Below the pieces are notes generated by a model. The model worked only from the letters and a program-made list of their open reading frames with translations. It had not been told where the DNA came from and ran no database searches. DNA of 64,000 nucleotides from a bacterium (GTDB lineage: Bacteria > Zhuqueibacterota > Zhuqueibacteria > Residuimicrobiales > Krinioviventaceae). Below are positions 11,283 through 21,543 of the stretch, piece after piece; position 1 is the first letter of the stretch; the number at the start of each line of letters is the position of its first letter. The stretch is from the NCBI GenBank assembly GCA_963693055.1, contig OY843751.1, positions 4,992,001 to 5,056,000 of the forward strand, written 5' to 3'. Position numbers and translations under genes: made by a program.

Positions 11283-11333
11283 TGTAACTTTTTAAAATTT
11301 TATTCGTTATATTAGTAGCATGAACTACTAATA
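11283..11333 (+). promoter_or_regulatory. ECF-sigma-like promoter plus palindromic operator upstream of the TrmB gene
   Basis: TGTAAC-N16-CGTTAT followed by TATTAGTAG-catgaa-CTACTAATA (9-bp perfect inverted repeat, 11310-11333). Confidence 0.55.
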
Positions 11334-11346
11334 CGAGGCGCAGTGC

Positions 11347-12237
11347 ATGGATCAGGAAACAGGCATAGTATCATTAATGGATTTGGGTTTTACCCGTTTA
11401 GAAGCGGAAATATATACCTTTTTGGTTCAGAACCCACCTTCCACCGGTTACCGGATCGCACAGGCAATAGGCAAGCCTGCAGCCAATGTATACAAAGCCT
11501 TACAAACCCTGGAACTCAAAGGCGCTTTACTGATCGATGAATCAGAAAACCGCATGTGCCGCGCTGTAGAGTATTCGGAATTGCTTGACCGGATGGAACG
11601 GCAGTTCACAGACAGCAAAAACAAAGCTTCGGCCTCTTTGGCATCTTTGAGAACAGAAGATAATGATGATCGGGTGTACCAGGTCAAAACCCGCGAACAG
11701 GTACTTGAACGCTGTCGCAACATGCTTGAAACCGTTCAGGAAATCATCATTATTGATGCGTACCCGGAAATGCTGGAGACGCTAAAACCGGATATAAACA
11801 AAGCGATCAAACGCGGCGTTAATGTGGCTGTTAACGCGTACCAACCCGTTTCCATCCCGGGAGCAGAACTGTTTGACCGCCCCGATGGTGAGCGCTTTAT
11901 GCGTCGCTGGCCGGGATACTGGATCAACATCATCAAAGACGGTGATGAATACATTATCGCATTTTTCGACCGTAAAGGCCAGGTTGTTCAGGCTGTCTGG
12001 AGCAGCAGTCCCTATTTATCTTGGGTATATTATTCCGCACTGCTCTCCGAACTGCAGCTGGTTGCCTTGAAAAACAATATACTCAGAGGCACAGACTATA
12101 GCCAATTGTTACAGATCATTGACAATTACGATAAATTTTTCACACTCGAGGCATCTGGTTATAAAAAGCTGAAAAAACGATTTGCTGAAATTGCGGGCAT
12201 AGACCCGGATATGGACAACAGCATTTACACATACTGA
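11347..12237 (+). CDS. TrmB-family transcriptional regulator
   Basis: LGFTRLEAEIY...STGYRIAQAIGKPAANVYKALQTLELKG winged HTH; PLD-like effector domain. Confidence 0.9.
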   Translation: MDQETGIVSLMDLGFTRLEAEIYTFLVQNPPSTGYRIAQAIGKPAANVYKALQTLELKGALLIDESENRMCRAVEYSELLDRMERQFTDSKNKASASLASLRTEDNDDRVYQVKTREQVLERCRNMLETVQEIIIIDAYPEMLETLKPDINKAIKRGVNVAVNAYQPVSIPGAELFDRPDGERFMRRWPGYWINIIKDGDEYIIAFFDRKGQVVQAVWSSSPYLSWVYYSALLSELQLVALKNNILRGTDYSQLLQIIDNYDKFFTLEASGYKKLKKRFAEIAGIDPDMDNSIYTY

Positions 12238-12275
12238 ATTTAACACCAACAAAAAAATCACACAACTCTACCAAC

Positions 12276-12318
12276 AAGCGGCTTCCCGGAAACAATCACA
12301 CAACCGGGGAGCCGTTTT
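12276..12318 (+). terminator. Intrinsic terminator
   Basis: AAGCGGCTTCCCGG...CCGGGGAGCCGTTTT. Confidence 0.65.
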
Positions 12319-12333
12319 GCTTAAAAGCTTGCC

Positions 12334-12418
12334 ATAGAACACGAATTGCACGAAAAATACAAATTTGCACATCTTTTATTCGTGAGCACCCGTATCATTT
12401 GTGTTATCAGTGTTCTAT
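12334..12418. repeat. Degenerate inverted repeat with ~9-nt internal periodicity
   Basis: ATAGAACAC...GTGTTCTAT ends; internal CACGAA/TTCGTG-type units. Confidence 0.5.
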
Positions 12419-12575
12419 TGTCCAAATTTAAGAAATCCGTGTTTATCGTAATAAAATATACAATGAAAAAAAATTTACACTTTTATTCATAAAATTCCGT
12501 AAATTGATAGTCTGTAATTGTTATGCTTGAGAACCGGTAAAAATCCGGTAGACATAAAGGAGTTAATACTATATC

Positions 12576-14414
12576 ATGCGTAAAGAAAATTTTAGAAATG
12601 TAGCCATTATTGCACACGTTGACCATGGTAAAACCACCCTGGTTGACGGCATGTTGAAACAGAGTGGCATATTTCACGAAAAACAAGAAGTTGCCGACAG
12701 AGTCATGGATTCCATGGACCTGGAACGTGAGCGCGGTATCACCATTATGGCAAAAAATACTGCTATCTGGTATAATGACATAAAGATCAATATTGTAGAT
12801 ACCCCCGGTCACGCCGACTTTGGCGGCGAGGTGGAGCGCAGTTTGAATCTGGTAGACGGAGCTATCCTACTGGTGGATGCCAGCGAGGGTCCACTGCCCC
12901 AGACTCGCTTTGTGGTTAAAAAAGCCCTGGCTAAAAAGCTACCAATTATTCTGGTAATCAACAAGATTGACCGTCCCGATTCACGCATTCAGGACGTAAT
13001 CAACGAAGTGTATGATCTGTTTATCGATTTGGATGCAACTGAAGACCAGATCGAATTCCCCATTCTCTACACCAACGCCAAAGCAGGTGTTGCGCATCTC
13101 GACCTTGAAGATGGTTCTGAAAACCTCAAACCCATGTTTGAAACCATTGTTAACAATGTTCCCGGACCTAAAGCGGATGACAGCGCCATTCCGCAATTGC
13201 TGGTCACCAACCTGGATTACGATTCTTTTGTAGGCCAAATCGCCGTAGGCCGACTGGAAAACGGTACACTGGAAATGAACAAACAATACACGTTGTGCGG
13301 CGAACATGAAAACCGTACCGGCATTAAATTCTCTGCTTTGTATACCTTTCAAAACCTGGGCAAGAAAAAAGTGGACAAGGTAGTTGCCGGCGACATTATT
13401 GCCCTGGCTGGTGTGGATGGTATTCGCATTGGTGATACTATTTCCGATCTGGAAAATCCACAACCCATGGAACGTATCCACGTGGATGAACCTACGGTAT
13501 CCATGGTATTTTACGTCAACAATAGTCCCTTTGCCGGTCTGGAAGGCAAGTTTCTGACATCACGTCACATCAAAGAACGGCTTGACAAGGAAACTCTGGG
13601 CAACGTGGCTATTGATGTTGAAGAAATGGAACGTACCGACGCATTCAATGTTATGGGTCGTGGTGAACTGCAAATGGCCGTCTTGATTGAAACCATGCGC
13701 CGTGAAGGTTACGAATTTGCTGTTTCCAAACCACAGGTTATTACCAAAGAAATTGATGACAAAACTCACGAACCAGTAGAACATGTTTATATCGATGTGC
13801 CGGAAGAATATGTGGGTGTAGTTACTGAAAAATTGTCTAAACGCCGGGGCAAGCTCAATAATCTGGTGAATCACGGACACGGGCGTGTGAATCTCGAGTT
13901 TCTCATCCCCTCACGCGGTCTCATTGGCTTTCGCAGCCACTTTTTGACAGACACTAAAGGATCAGGCGTGATGAACTCGATCTTTCACGGATACGCACCC
14001 TGGTTTGGAGCCATTCCCCAGCGCGCAAGCGGCGCTCTGGTAGCCGACCGTCCCGGACGTGTAAATACCTATGCCAGCCTTGCTATGGTAGACCGCGGAG
14101 AGCTGTTTATTGAAGTGGGTACCGAAGTATATGAAGGTATGATCATTGGTGAGCGCAACCGCAGCGAAGACCTGGATGTCAATATTACCAAAGAAAAGAA
14201 ACTCACCAATATGCGTAGTTCTACTTCTGAAGCTACAGTGACATTGCGTCCCCCGCGCATGCTCAGCCTTGACCAGTGCATCGAGTTTATTGCAGAAGAT
14301 GAAGTGGTTGAAGTTACTCCCAAGAGCATCCGCATGAGCAAAATGGAACGTGATAAACAAAAACGTGCGTCAATCCGTAAAAAAGAAAAATGGGCTAACA
14401 ACATGGAAGAATAA
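12576..14414 (+). CDS. typA: Translational GTPase TypA/BipA
   Basis: RNVAIIAHVDHGKTTLVD, DTPGHADFGGEVER, GRGELQ, KKLTNMRSS, EVTPKSIR. Confidence 0.99.
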   Translation: MRKENFRNVAIIAHVDHGKTTLVDGMLKQSGIFHEKQEVADRVMDSMDLERERGITIMAKNTAIWYNDIKINIVDTPGHADFGGEVERSLNLVDGAILLVDASEGPLPQTRFVVKKALAKKLPIILVINKIDRPDSRIQDVINEVYDLFIDLDATEDQIEFPILYTNAKAGVAHLDLEDGSENLKPMFETIVNNVPGPKADDSAIPQLLVTNLDYDSFVGQIAVGRLENGTLEMNKQYTLCGEHENRTGIKFSALYTFQNLGKKKVDKVVAGDIIALAGVDGIRIGDTISDLENPQPMERIHVDEPTVSMVFYVNNSPFAGLEGKFLTSRHIKERLDKETLGNVAIDVEEMERTDAFNVMGRGELQMAVLIETMRREGYEFAVSKPQVITKEIDDKTHEPVEHVYIDVPEEYVGVVTEKLSKRRGKLNNLVNHGHGRVNLEFLIPSRGLIGFRSHFLTDTKGSGVMNSIFHGYAPWFGAIPQRASGALVADRPGRVNTYASLAMVDRGELFIEVGTEVYEGMIIGERNRSEDLDVNITKEKKLTNMRSSTSEATVTLRPPRMLSLDQCIEFIAEDEVVEVTPKSIRMSKMERDKQKRASIRKKEKWANNMEE

Positions 14415-14456
14415 GTTTTGCGATATAGCAAACGTTAGATAAAACATAAATTCTGG

Positions 14457-14494
14457 AATACCCGGGAGGTCCATGACTCTCGGGTATTTTTTTT
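14457..14494 (+). terminator. typA terminator
   Basis: AATACCCGGGAG...CTCTCGGGTATT plus T-tract. Confidence 0.85.
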
Positions 14495-14590
14495 GATCCC
14501 ACTCCCGAAAATTCTTTACATACCTATCCTGACTTTTACTCATCCTCACCTTGTTATTGATTCTCTATAAATTATTTTGTATACTAGAAT

Positions 14591-14788
14591 ATGGATAAAT
14601 TTAAATTAGACAAATCCTCATTTTCAATTGCTTCCATTCATGATCAGGGCAAAGATAAAGCGTATTGGCAATCGAAAACGCCCCTGGAAAGACTGGAAGC
14701 CCTGGAATTGATGAGACAGGTGCTTTATGGCTACGATCCGACTACCCTCAGACTCGAAAGAGTTCTTGAGATTGTTGAACGAAAATAA
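14591..14788 (+). CDS. Small antitoxin-like protein of the type usually upstream of a nucleotidyltransferase
   Basis: 65 aa; YWQSKTPLERLEALELMRQ..YGYDP..RLERVLEI pattern recognised from memory of this family. Confidence 0.6.
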   Translation: MDKFKLDKSSFSIASIHDQGKDKAYWQSKTPLERLEALELMRQVLYGYDPTTLRLERVLEIVERK

Positions 14789-14890
14789 TGTCAGATAGTG
14801 GATTTTGAAAACGGTTATAAAATTAAAATCATGGGGACCCGCAAGTTAACTGAATGCCCAACGGGATATAATAAAAAAAGATCGTAAATA

Positions 14891-15130
14891 TCAGTGATTC
14901 AATTTTTGTCTTGACACATATTCATCCAATAGGTTTCGTATCATCTTTTGATATTGCGTACTGTGTTTTTGTGCTATTTCTTTGAAAAAATCGACACTAC
15001 TTTTACTCAAAGATATTGTAATTTTTATAGTTTCTTCTTTAAAAGCCAGTTCTTCCGTTGACGGAAGGAAATCTGTCACAACCTGCACATTATCTATTGG
15101 CTCATCAGTATATTTTATTTTCTTTTTCAT
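14891..15130 (-). CDS. CopG/BrnA-type RHH antitoxin
   Basis: KITISLSKSSVDFFK..A.K....YQKMIRNLLDEY C-terminal RHH. Confidence 0.8.
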   Translation of the reverse strand: MKKKIKYTDEPIDNVQVVTDFLPSTEELAFKEETIKITISLSKSSVDFFKEIAQKHSTQYQKMIRNLLDEYVSRQKLNH

Positions 15131-15287
15131 ATATCTTTTATACTATTTTATTAATTACCGGGTTCAAATGCGCATGATGGGACAACATACCAAAACATTT
15201 GTACTGAATTTTATTAGAATTGATTTTGAAACAAAATCATACAACGACAAACAAAATTATGCAATAATACTTAACCTTTTTTTATCT

Positions 15288-16190
15288 TTATTTAACTAGT
15301 ATTTCTTTAAATAAATGAATTATTAATTGTTCTAACATAACTTCATATTTTTCAATTTCATTTATATCTGTAATTCCCCTCGGGATGAATCCACTGTGCA
15401 TCAATTTATTTCTCTTTGTATTTATTTTTTTTATTTCTTCTTTTGAAGTTTCTAATTTTAATTGATTCTTATCAACAAACCAATCCCATTTATATAAAAA
15501 TGGATAACGATTTAATTCGTCTATTTTTGAATAAACAACTTTCCTATCTCTATCATCATAAAAAACTTTTATTTTTTCATTATTCTTCATAAAGGCCCTG
15601 ATATCCTTTTGAAATTCTTTTTTCACTTTTGTTCTAAATTTTTCAACATCAATAATAAAATCACCATATTCATGATTCCTCGAAAATTGATAATTAATTA
15701 AAGACTCTAACACAATCCATTGTCGTATAAGCTTACGGCCTATGAAAGTATTAATATTTTCTTCAAATGTTAAAGACAATTCAAAAAGTAGGGATTTAAT
15801 AACTCTAAAAAAATCATCCTCAATTTGCTTATTGTTTAAAGCGACTTTTATAAAACTAATAATTTCATCATGTTTATCATTAACCATCGCTGGCTTCGTT
15901 ATTTGCCCAGAATATGTATTAACTGCTCTTTTTAAAATAATATCCCCATCATTGTTAACTTGATAGGTGCCAAACCAAAAAATATATTTTCGTAGACTTA
16001 TTGATAAAAGCAAGCATAAAAAGTCTATAATTTCAGACATATCATTCTCAATCTCACTAATGCTAGTAAAATTAGCAAAATAATAATCTTCATTGTTTTT
16101 TTGTATTCGAACAAGTTTGATATTGTCGAAAGTAATTTCATCAAAAAAGATTATATTAAACAATCTAAAAAATTCTTTACCATTAATCAT
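15288..16190 (-). CDS. HEPN-domain protein (ApeA-like)
   Basis: WIVLESL helix and C-terminal RNKLMH (RxxxxH) motif; AT-rich. Confidence 0.65.
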   Translation of the reverse strand: MINGKEFFRLFNIIFFDEITFDNIKLVRIQKNNEDYYFANFTSISEIENDMSEIIDFLCLLLSISLRKYIFWFGTYQVNNDGDIILKRAVNTYSGQITKPAMVNDKHDEIISFIKVALNNKQIEDDFFRVIKSLLFELSLTFEENINTFIGRKLIRQWIVLESLINYQFSRNHEYGDFIIDVEKFRTKVKKEFQKDIRAFMKNNEKIKVFYDDRDRKVVYSKIDELNRYPFLYKWDWFVDKNQLKLETSKEEIKKINTKRNKLMHSGFIPRGITDINEIEKYEVMLEQLIIHLFKEILVK

Positions 16191-16287
16191 TGCATCACCA
16201 TATATGTTTATTAACTGATTGTTTTTTAAATTTTAATCCTTCAAAGGGTATTGTAAAGAATCAATAACCTTTGACATAATCTACGAA

Positions 16288-17319
16288 TTATTCTTCCTCG
16301 ATAGATTGCACAACTCCTTCCAAATAACATACCCAGAGCCAATGTTGAAGATGAGTTATTTTTGAATGGCTGGTTACACCAAAAAAGTCCTTTAAGGCTA
16401 ATTTCACTTTTTGACTACCAAGCTCAAGTCCAAGATGAGATAATAGTTCTCTTTCTTTCCTGTATAAATGTGGACGAGTATGCCGGTAATCAATTCGAGC
16501 TGAAGCATGTTCAATTCTCCCATCCATTGTCTTTTTGTATTTTGTTTGTAAATAATCTAATATTGCAGGTGCACATTCATTTGGCCAGTCCCAAATAATA
16601 GTCCATTTATTATTCTTGATTCCAAAATCTTTTTTGAAGTTATTATACATAACCGTATAAGATTTTTTGCCAAATCTTTTTTCCCGAGATTCTCCAATTT
16701 TGTTAAACAGTTCAATAATCCTTGATTTTAGCAACGTATCTGCCCCAATGCTAGATGGAGAAGGTAAAATTTTTATTTCAGGAGGTTTATTATTTACAAT
16801 AAAATTTCCACCAACTTGTATGTTATTATTTCCTAAAATCTTTTGATTTATCATCTCGTTTTCAGCTTCTTTTTGTTTACGCTCTTGTGACACTTGGGGG
16901 GATATGTCATGCTTATGACCAGTGACAATACGTTTGATTGATTTTAAAAAAATTTCTCGTCGTGTTTCAGCATCCAAGCCAACTAAATCAATATAAACTA
17001 TAGCTGACAACAAACCTTCTGGTTGACATTCTCTTATTCTAACAGGAATGAGGACTTGCTTACTCCCAATAGGATCTTTTAAAAAAGCTGCTGCCCATTC
17101 TGACTGAGCAAACTTTGAATTAAAATAAGACGGTGAAAAAAGTGCAATAGTTCTTTCACAATTTTTAGTAGCATTCTGCATTTCTAAAATAAAATTAGAG
17201 CCAGCAATAAAATCCATTTTTTGCATAACACAAGTATACTTTTCATCGACAAGCCAATTATAGATTATATTTGCATCAAACTCGTCATCACGGTTGTAAC
17301 TAATAAAAAAATCTACCAT
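16288..17319 (-). CDS. TIR-domain protein with helical ORF6C-like C-terminus
   Basis: DFFISYNRDD...DFIAGSNFILEMQNA...LFSPSYFNSKFAQSEWAAA (catalytic Glu position)...LIPVRI...YIDLVG. Confidence 0.88.
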   Translation of the reverse strand: MVDFFISYNRDDEFDANIIYNWLVDEKYTCVMQKMDFIAGSNFILEMQNATKNCERTIALFSPSYFNSKFAQSEWAAAFLKDPIGSKQVLIPVRIRECQPEGLLSAIVYIDLVGLDAETRREIFLKSIKRIVTGHKHDISPQVSQERKQKEAENEMINQKILGNNNIQVGGNFIVNNKPPEIKILPSPSSIGADTLLKSRIIELFNKIGESREKRFGKKSYTVMYNNFKKDFGIKNNKWTIIWDWPNECAPAILDYLQTKYKKTMDGRIEHASARIDYRHTRPHLYRKERELLSHLGLELGSQKVKLALKDFFGVTSHSKITHLQHWLWVCYLEGVVQSIEEE

Positions 17320-17440
17320 AATGCATTACTCCAATTTTAATCACTTATTACTTTGTTAAAATACTTTAGATAAAGTATTATGCAATTGAAGCTAGGAATT
17401 ATTAAGAATTAAATGTTTTTAAGGTAAAGTACACTAACTA

Positions 17441-17635
17441 TTATCCACCAATATAATGGCTTGGAACAGACTCCCAAGTGCTACATTTGCGACGGATAGC
17501 ACGAATAAATGTATGAAACAATTCATATTCATCCACAGTGACATTACCAATTACTTCGTTAACAGTTTCCTTTAATGCCCCCCTAATCTCGCAGTCCAAA
17601 TATCCAACAATCTCTTCAATCTCTATTTGTGCCAT
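17441..17635 (-). CDS. Small hypothetical protein (64 aa)
   Basis: RBS AGAGG before MAQIEIEEIV; same strand and directly upstream of the TIR gene. Confidence 0.6.
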   Translation of the reverse strand: MAQIEIEEIVGYLDCEIRGALKETVNEVIGNVTVDEYELFHTFIRAIRRKCSTWESVPSHYIGG

Positions 17636-17879
17636 ATTGCATCCTCTTAAATGATATAAAACCATACGTAGAATTTACCATTTCACTATCAATTCCTGAT
17701 ATTGAAATATATGAGACGCTAAAACGCCAATACACTCCTACAATAAACTACCTTAATAAAGCGAGTTTCAATATAAAAATAAAAAAATTCAGAAAAACCG
17801 TCTGCCCCTGAACTCCCCATATCGTATTCATTGCTATAATTAAATAACAATATTCTCACCCATAAATGCAAGAAAATTA

Positions 17880-18545
17880 TTAAAGCCCGACTATCAGGCT
17901 TATCGTATGCAGCCCCATATTAAACTCGATCGCGTCCGGTTGGCGCAACGTGCTGTGTGTATATCGTAAACCGATGGTCATATCCAGCACACTCAACTCC
18001 AACCCGCAAATATATCCTATGGTAGAACTGTCCAAAATCGGTTTTACAATTCCCGGATCTTCGATGGTCTTCACATCAACGTGCCCATGATAATAGCCAT
18101 CGGATTCGTATGGATCAAAAATAGTTTTATGAGAATTGCTTGTAACATTATCGTACACACCAAACATGAGCGAGGGCCCCATATAGAATTTTAATCGGGA
18201 GCGGGTATAAGGGACTGGTAATTTTATCATCAACGGAATTTGAACAAATACCTGTTCTACTTTAAAATCTGCGAGTCTCACATATCCCGGATAGCTTGAC
18301 CTGATTTTATTCCACATTTCAGTTTTACGATAGACCAGGTTAATTTCTGATTCAAGCTTGAGAGACCTGAACAGTCCCCACTCTGCTCCCCAACCCAGTT
18401 CATAACCCATAGGCTGAGATGCGCCCGCCGCATCGATTTTTGAATAATTAACACCTACACTAACACCCAGCGATTTTGCTCCGGACATGTTTGGAACCAG
18501 CAAGTACAAACAAAAAACGAGTACACAACATTTAACTTTAATCAT
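17880..18545 (-). CDS. Outer-membrane beta-barrel (porin family, OMP_b-brl_2-like) protein
   Basis: Signal peptide; GVSVGVNYS, FVQIPLMIK, FYMGP motifs. Confidence 0.75.
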   Translation of the reverse strand: MIKVKCCVLVFCLYLLVPNMSGAKSLGVSVGVNYSKIDAAGASQPMGYELGWGAEWGLFRSLKLESEINLVYRKTEMWNKIRSSYPGYVRLADFKVEQVFVQIPLMIKLPVPYTRSRLKFYMGPSLMFGVYDNVTSNSHKTIFDPYESDGYYHGHVDVKTIEDPGIVKPILDSSTIGYICGLELSVLDMTIGLRYTHSTLRQPDAIEFNMGLHTISLIVGL

Positions 18546-19005
18546 GATATCCCCCAAGTTGAAATGGACATGTTTCACCGTTCTATAATATAAACGCCTA
18601 TCGCAATAAATGCAACAATAAATCTGATTGAAAATCAATAAACCAGGAGCCAAGGGTTGAAAAAATCCATCAAAACCCTTTTCTGTTTTGTAACTTTTTC
18701 ATATATTTGCGTATATTGTATCTCAATGGGATGATACACTATCATTCAAACCATAATCAATTTTTGGAACATTTGTCGCCTTTATGACTATATCTATAAA
18801 TGCAGATTAACACATATTTGATTAACCAGTAATACTGTTGAAAACAGTGTTGTATTGGGGCGGTTTTCATTTATGAAGGCCATATAAACGTATGGCCATA
18901 CCCTAAATCTGTAGGATGTATAATAATCCCCCTTTTCAAGTATTTCCAACAAAATCATAAACCATAATTCACTGTAATTACTGAACAGCACAGGAGAAAT
19001 GTGCC

Positions 19006-19782
19006 ATGACAAATGTACGTTTTGTTAAATCAAAAAAGTATGACGACTATGATACCATTTACGCGCAATGCAGCGGTCCGGGTGGATTGCAGCTTGCCGA
19101 GTTTCTGGCGGAGAAAATGAAACTGCAATCCGGAAAAAAACTGCTGGACGTGGGCTGCAACCGCGGATACCAGTCCTGTTTTCTCGCTAAAGAATATGAT
19201 GTGTTCACCGTGGGAATCGATCCCTGGGACGACCGCGAGCAAGGCAATCCGATGGTTGAACATTTCCTGCAAAACGCTGAACACTGGGGTGTAACGGACA
19301 AGGTGCTGGGGCTCTATCTCGGCGTTCCGGATACTCCCTTTGCGCAAGCGTCTTTTGACTATGCCTATTCAACCACGGCATTAGAGATGGTACGCGTCTC
19401 GCAGGGCACGGACAAGTACCTGGAATGCATCCGCGATATCTACCGGGTGCTGAAACCAGGCGGCATGTTCGGCCTGGGCGAGCCCATGCATCTGGATGTT
19501 GAGGTACCGCCGGATCTTGATCCCTATATCTCGCGCGGAGAATACCCGTGGAAATCCTGTTTTCGCGACCTCAAAAGCACCATCGACGAGGTCAAAGCCG
19601 CGGGATTCGAAATTGTAGAAGCGGATTATGCTCCCGACGCCTGGCAATGGTGGATGGATTTTGCCAAACATGATCCCTTTTGCAAAGCAGACCCGGACGA
19701 TGATCCGCTGACCCTGCAAATCGACAATGGCCGCTGGACGAGTTTCGGCTACATCATTGCCAGAAAGCCGGAGAATGATTAA
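19006..19782 (+). CDS. Class I SAM-dependent methyltransferase
   Basis: LLDVGCNRG motif I; RVLKPGG; RBS AGGAG. Confidence 0.9.
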   Translation: MTNVRFVKSKKYDDYDTIYAQCSGPGGLQLAEFLAEKMKLQSGKKLLDVGCNRGYQSCFLAKEYDVFTVGIDPWDDREQGNPMVEHFLQNAEHWGVTDKVLGLYLGVPDTPFAQASFDYAYSTTALEMVRVSQGTDKYLECIRDIYRVLKPGGMFGLGEPMHLDVEVPPDLDPYISRGEYPWKSCFRDLKSTIDEVKAAGFEIVEADYAPDAWQWWMDFAKHDPFCKADPDDDPLTLQIDNGRWTSFGYIIARKPEND

Positions 19783-19796
19783 TCGTTTATATATCG

Positions 19797-19826
19797 TATC
19801 CCACCCTTCAGTAGTTGGGTGGGATA
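19797..19826. terminator. Hairpin between convergent genes
   Basis: TATCCCACCC...GGGTGGGATA. Confidence 0.6.
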
Positions 19827-19858
19827 TAAATTAAGGCAACTGTTTAAGAAATCGTAAT

Positions 19859-20482
19859 CTAATCGTTCTCTCCGGAACGAGGAATCTGAAGCAATTTAAG
19901 AGAATCACATTCGGGATAGCCCCTTACATCAGCAATAATCTTACCCTCATTATCTCTTTTAATTCCATATGACATAATTTGAGTTGAATAAAATTGTTCA
20001 TGAATGAACCGGGTGCGTTTCCCAACCAGAACCGGAAGATCATTTTCCAGTTTGTAAAAATCACCATAACAAAATGCTAAATCATTTCGATACACCATTC
20101 CATCTAGCCACTTTTTGATCGTGTCGCTTGAGGAATCCGGGAATGATTGAATATAATAGAATTCACCTTCGCCTTTTGGTGATAGGAATATTGTTTCCCT
20201 TTGTATACTAAAATCCTCAATATAGTCGTAAAACTTTTGATCCAGGCGAAACATTATATCATTATTAACCGAGTCAAGAACATCATAACTTTTAACAATA
20301 CCAATCCAATGAATCAACTTGCCTTGATATCGTTCCGGATTTAAACGAACATCTGAAGGCATAACCGTCTTGAGCGCATTAGACATTAAATTTTCTTCCC
20401 AAGGCAAAGGACGATAATTACGTGAACCAGGTAGACAACCAATAACAACCAATACAACAAACAAAACAATGATTTTTTTCAT
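19859..20482 (-). CDS. Hypothetical lipoprotein
   Basis: MKKIIVLFVVLVVIGC lipobox. Confidence 0.7.
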   Translation of the reverse strand: MKKIIVLFVVLVVIGCLPGSRNYRPLPWEENLMSNALKTVMPSDVRLNPERYQGKLIHWIGIVKSYDVLDSVNNDIMFRLDQKFYDYIEDFSIQRETIFLSPKGEGEFYYIQSFPDSSSDTIKKWLDGMVYRNDLAFCYGDFYKLENDLPVLVGKRTRFIHEQFYSTQIMSYGIKRDNEGKIIADVRGYPECDSLKLLQIPRSGEND

Positions 20483-20731
20483 TTGGTGTTCCCCTCATTT
20501 TGTATAAAAAACAAATATGGTTATTATGTATTTTTTCAAGATACAGATAATTTCCCATTTATACAAAAAATAATAAACATATCTATTCAGTCAAATTGTG
20601 ACTGGTCGATAAAAATTATCTATTGCTTTTTAAAAATATATTCTTTATTTCAAGTAATCAATTATCTAAATGCAGGGGATTTCCGGTTATATTTTCATTA
20701 TGCAGACAGCATTCATAAAATGGATAATTAA

Positions 20732-21520
20732 ATGAAAAAATATATCATTTTGCTTATTATCATCTCAACTATGCTTTCATGCCAACAAAACACACCCCAA
20801 CCCAAAGAGCAGGAAACAGCACAGACTGTGACAGAACAGGTAGCAGAATCTGTATTACCAGATACGACTGTAACAAATAAAACGGACACCACCATAGTTA
20901 TAACACCTTTTGGTTCGCTAAAAAAATTGGTTATCGATCAGAGACATCCAATAGTAACATATTACAAACCTGATATCAGCACCGTAATTAATGATTCAAT
21001 TGAAATCGATGGTTTTGAAACAACCAGGGTTATAAAAACTAGAATAAATTCATCGTCAACTCACAATTATATCATTACCTACGATGATTTTCCCAGTGGA
21101 GATCCCGCATTTACATTTTATAAAACTAGCAATGATACCTTGATCAGGATAGAAAGAATACCAGGTACAGAATTATATATCCCCGGCAACAACCAGTTAT
21201 ACGTCAGCGGACACACAAACAACCTGTTTGACCAGAAAAAGAAATATGTTCTGAACGACGACCAAATCACCGAGGTTGAACAGCCCTATAATTATGTGGG
21301 GATCGAATCCAGTCTGGAAACGGATATTATACTTTATCAGGATTTCAGTTTGGAAACTGAACTGGCAAGATTAACAAAAGGTACAACGGTTTCAGTCTTA
21401 GCCGCCAAAGAAAACAATTTCTTGATCAAAACTCCCTTTGGGCTGCTAGGCTGGATTAAAATAGAAAGCAATCTTTACCCGGGAACACCTATCAAAGAAA
21501 TCTATTTTGCTGGTGATTAA
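20732..21520 (+). CDS. Hypothetical lipoprotein with SH3-like C-terminus
   Basis: MLSC lipobox; FLIKTPFGLLGWI. Confidence 0.7.
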   Translation: MKKYIILLIIISTMLSCQQNTPQPKEQETAQTVTEQVAESVLPDTTVTNKTDTTIVITPFGSLKKLVIDQRHPIVTYYKPDISTVINDSIEIDGFETTRVIKTRINSSSTHNYIITYDDFPSGDPAFTFYKTSNDTLIRIERIPGTELYIPGNNQLYVSGHTNNLFDQKKKYVLNDDQITEVEQPYNYVGIESSLETDIILYQDFSLETELARLTKGTTVSVLAAKENNFLIKTPFGLLGWIKIESNLYPGTPIKEIYFAGD

Positions 21521-21543
21521 CAGGACATCTTTTAGGGCGAGCC

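Noticed and set aside
14834-14856. GGACCCGCA(A/G)GT motif, also near 22659, as a riboswitch fragment
   Set aside because: Too short, no surrounding conserved structure, and not consistently placed at a 5' leader.
14420-17440. Integron attC-like half sites (AACGTTAGAT ~14431, GCCCAAC ~14856)
   Set aside because: No matching partner boxes or full attC hairpins found, no integrase, and genes are in mixed orientation.
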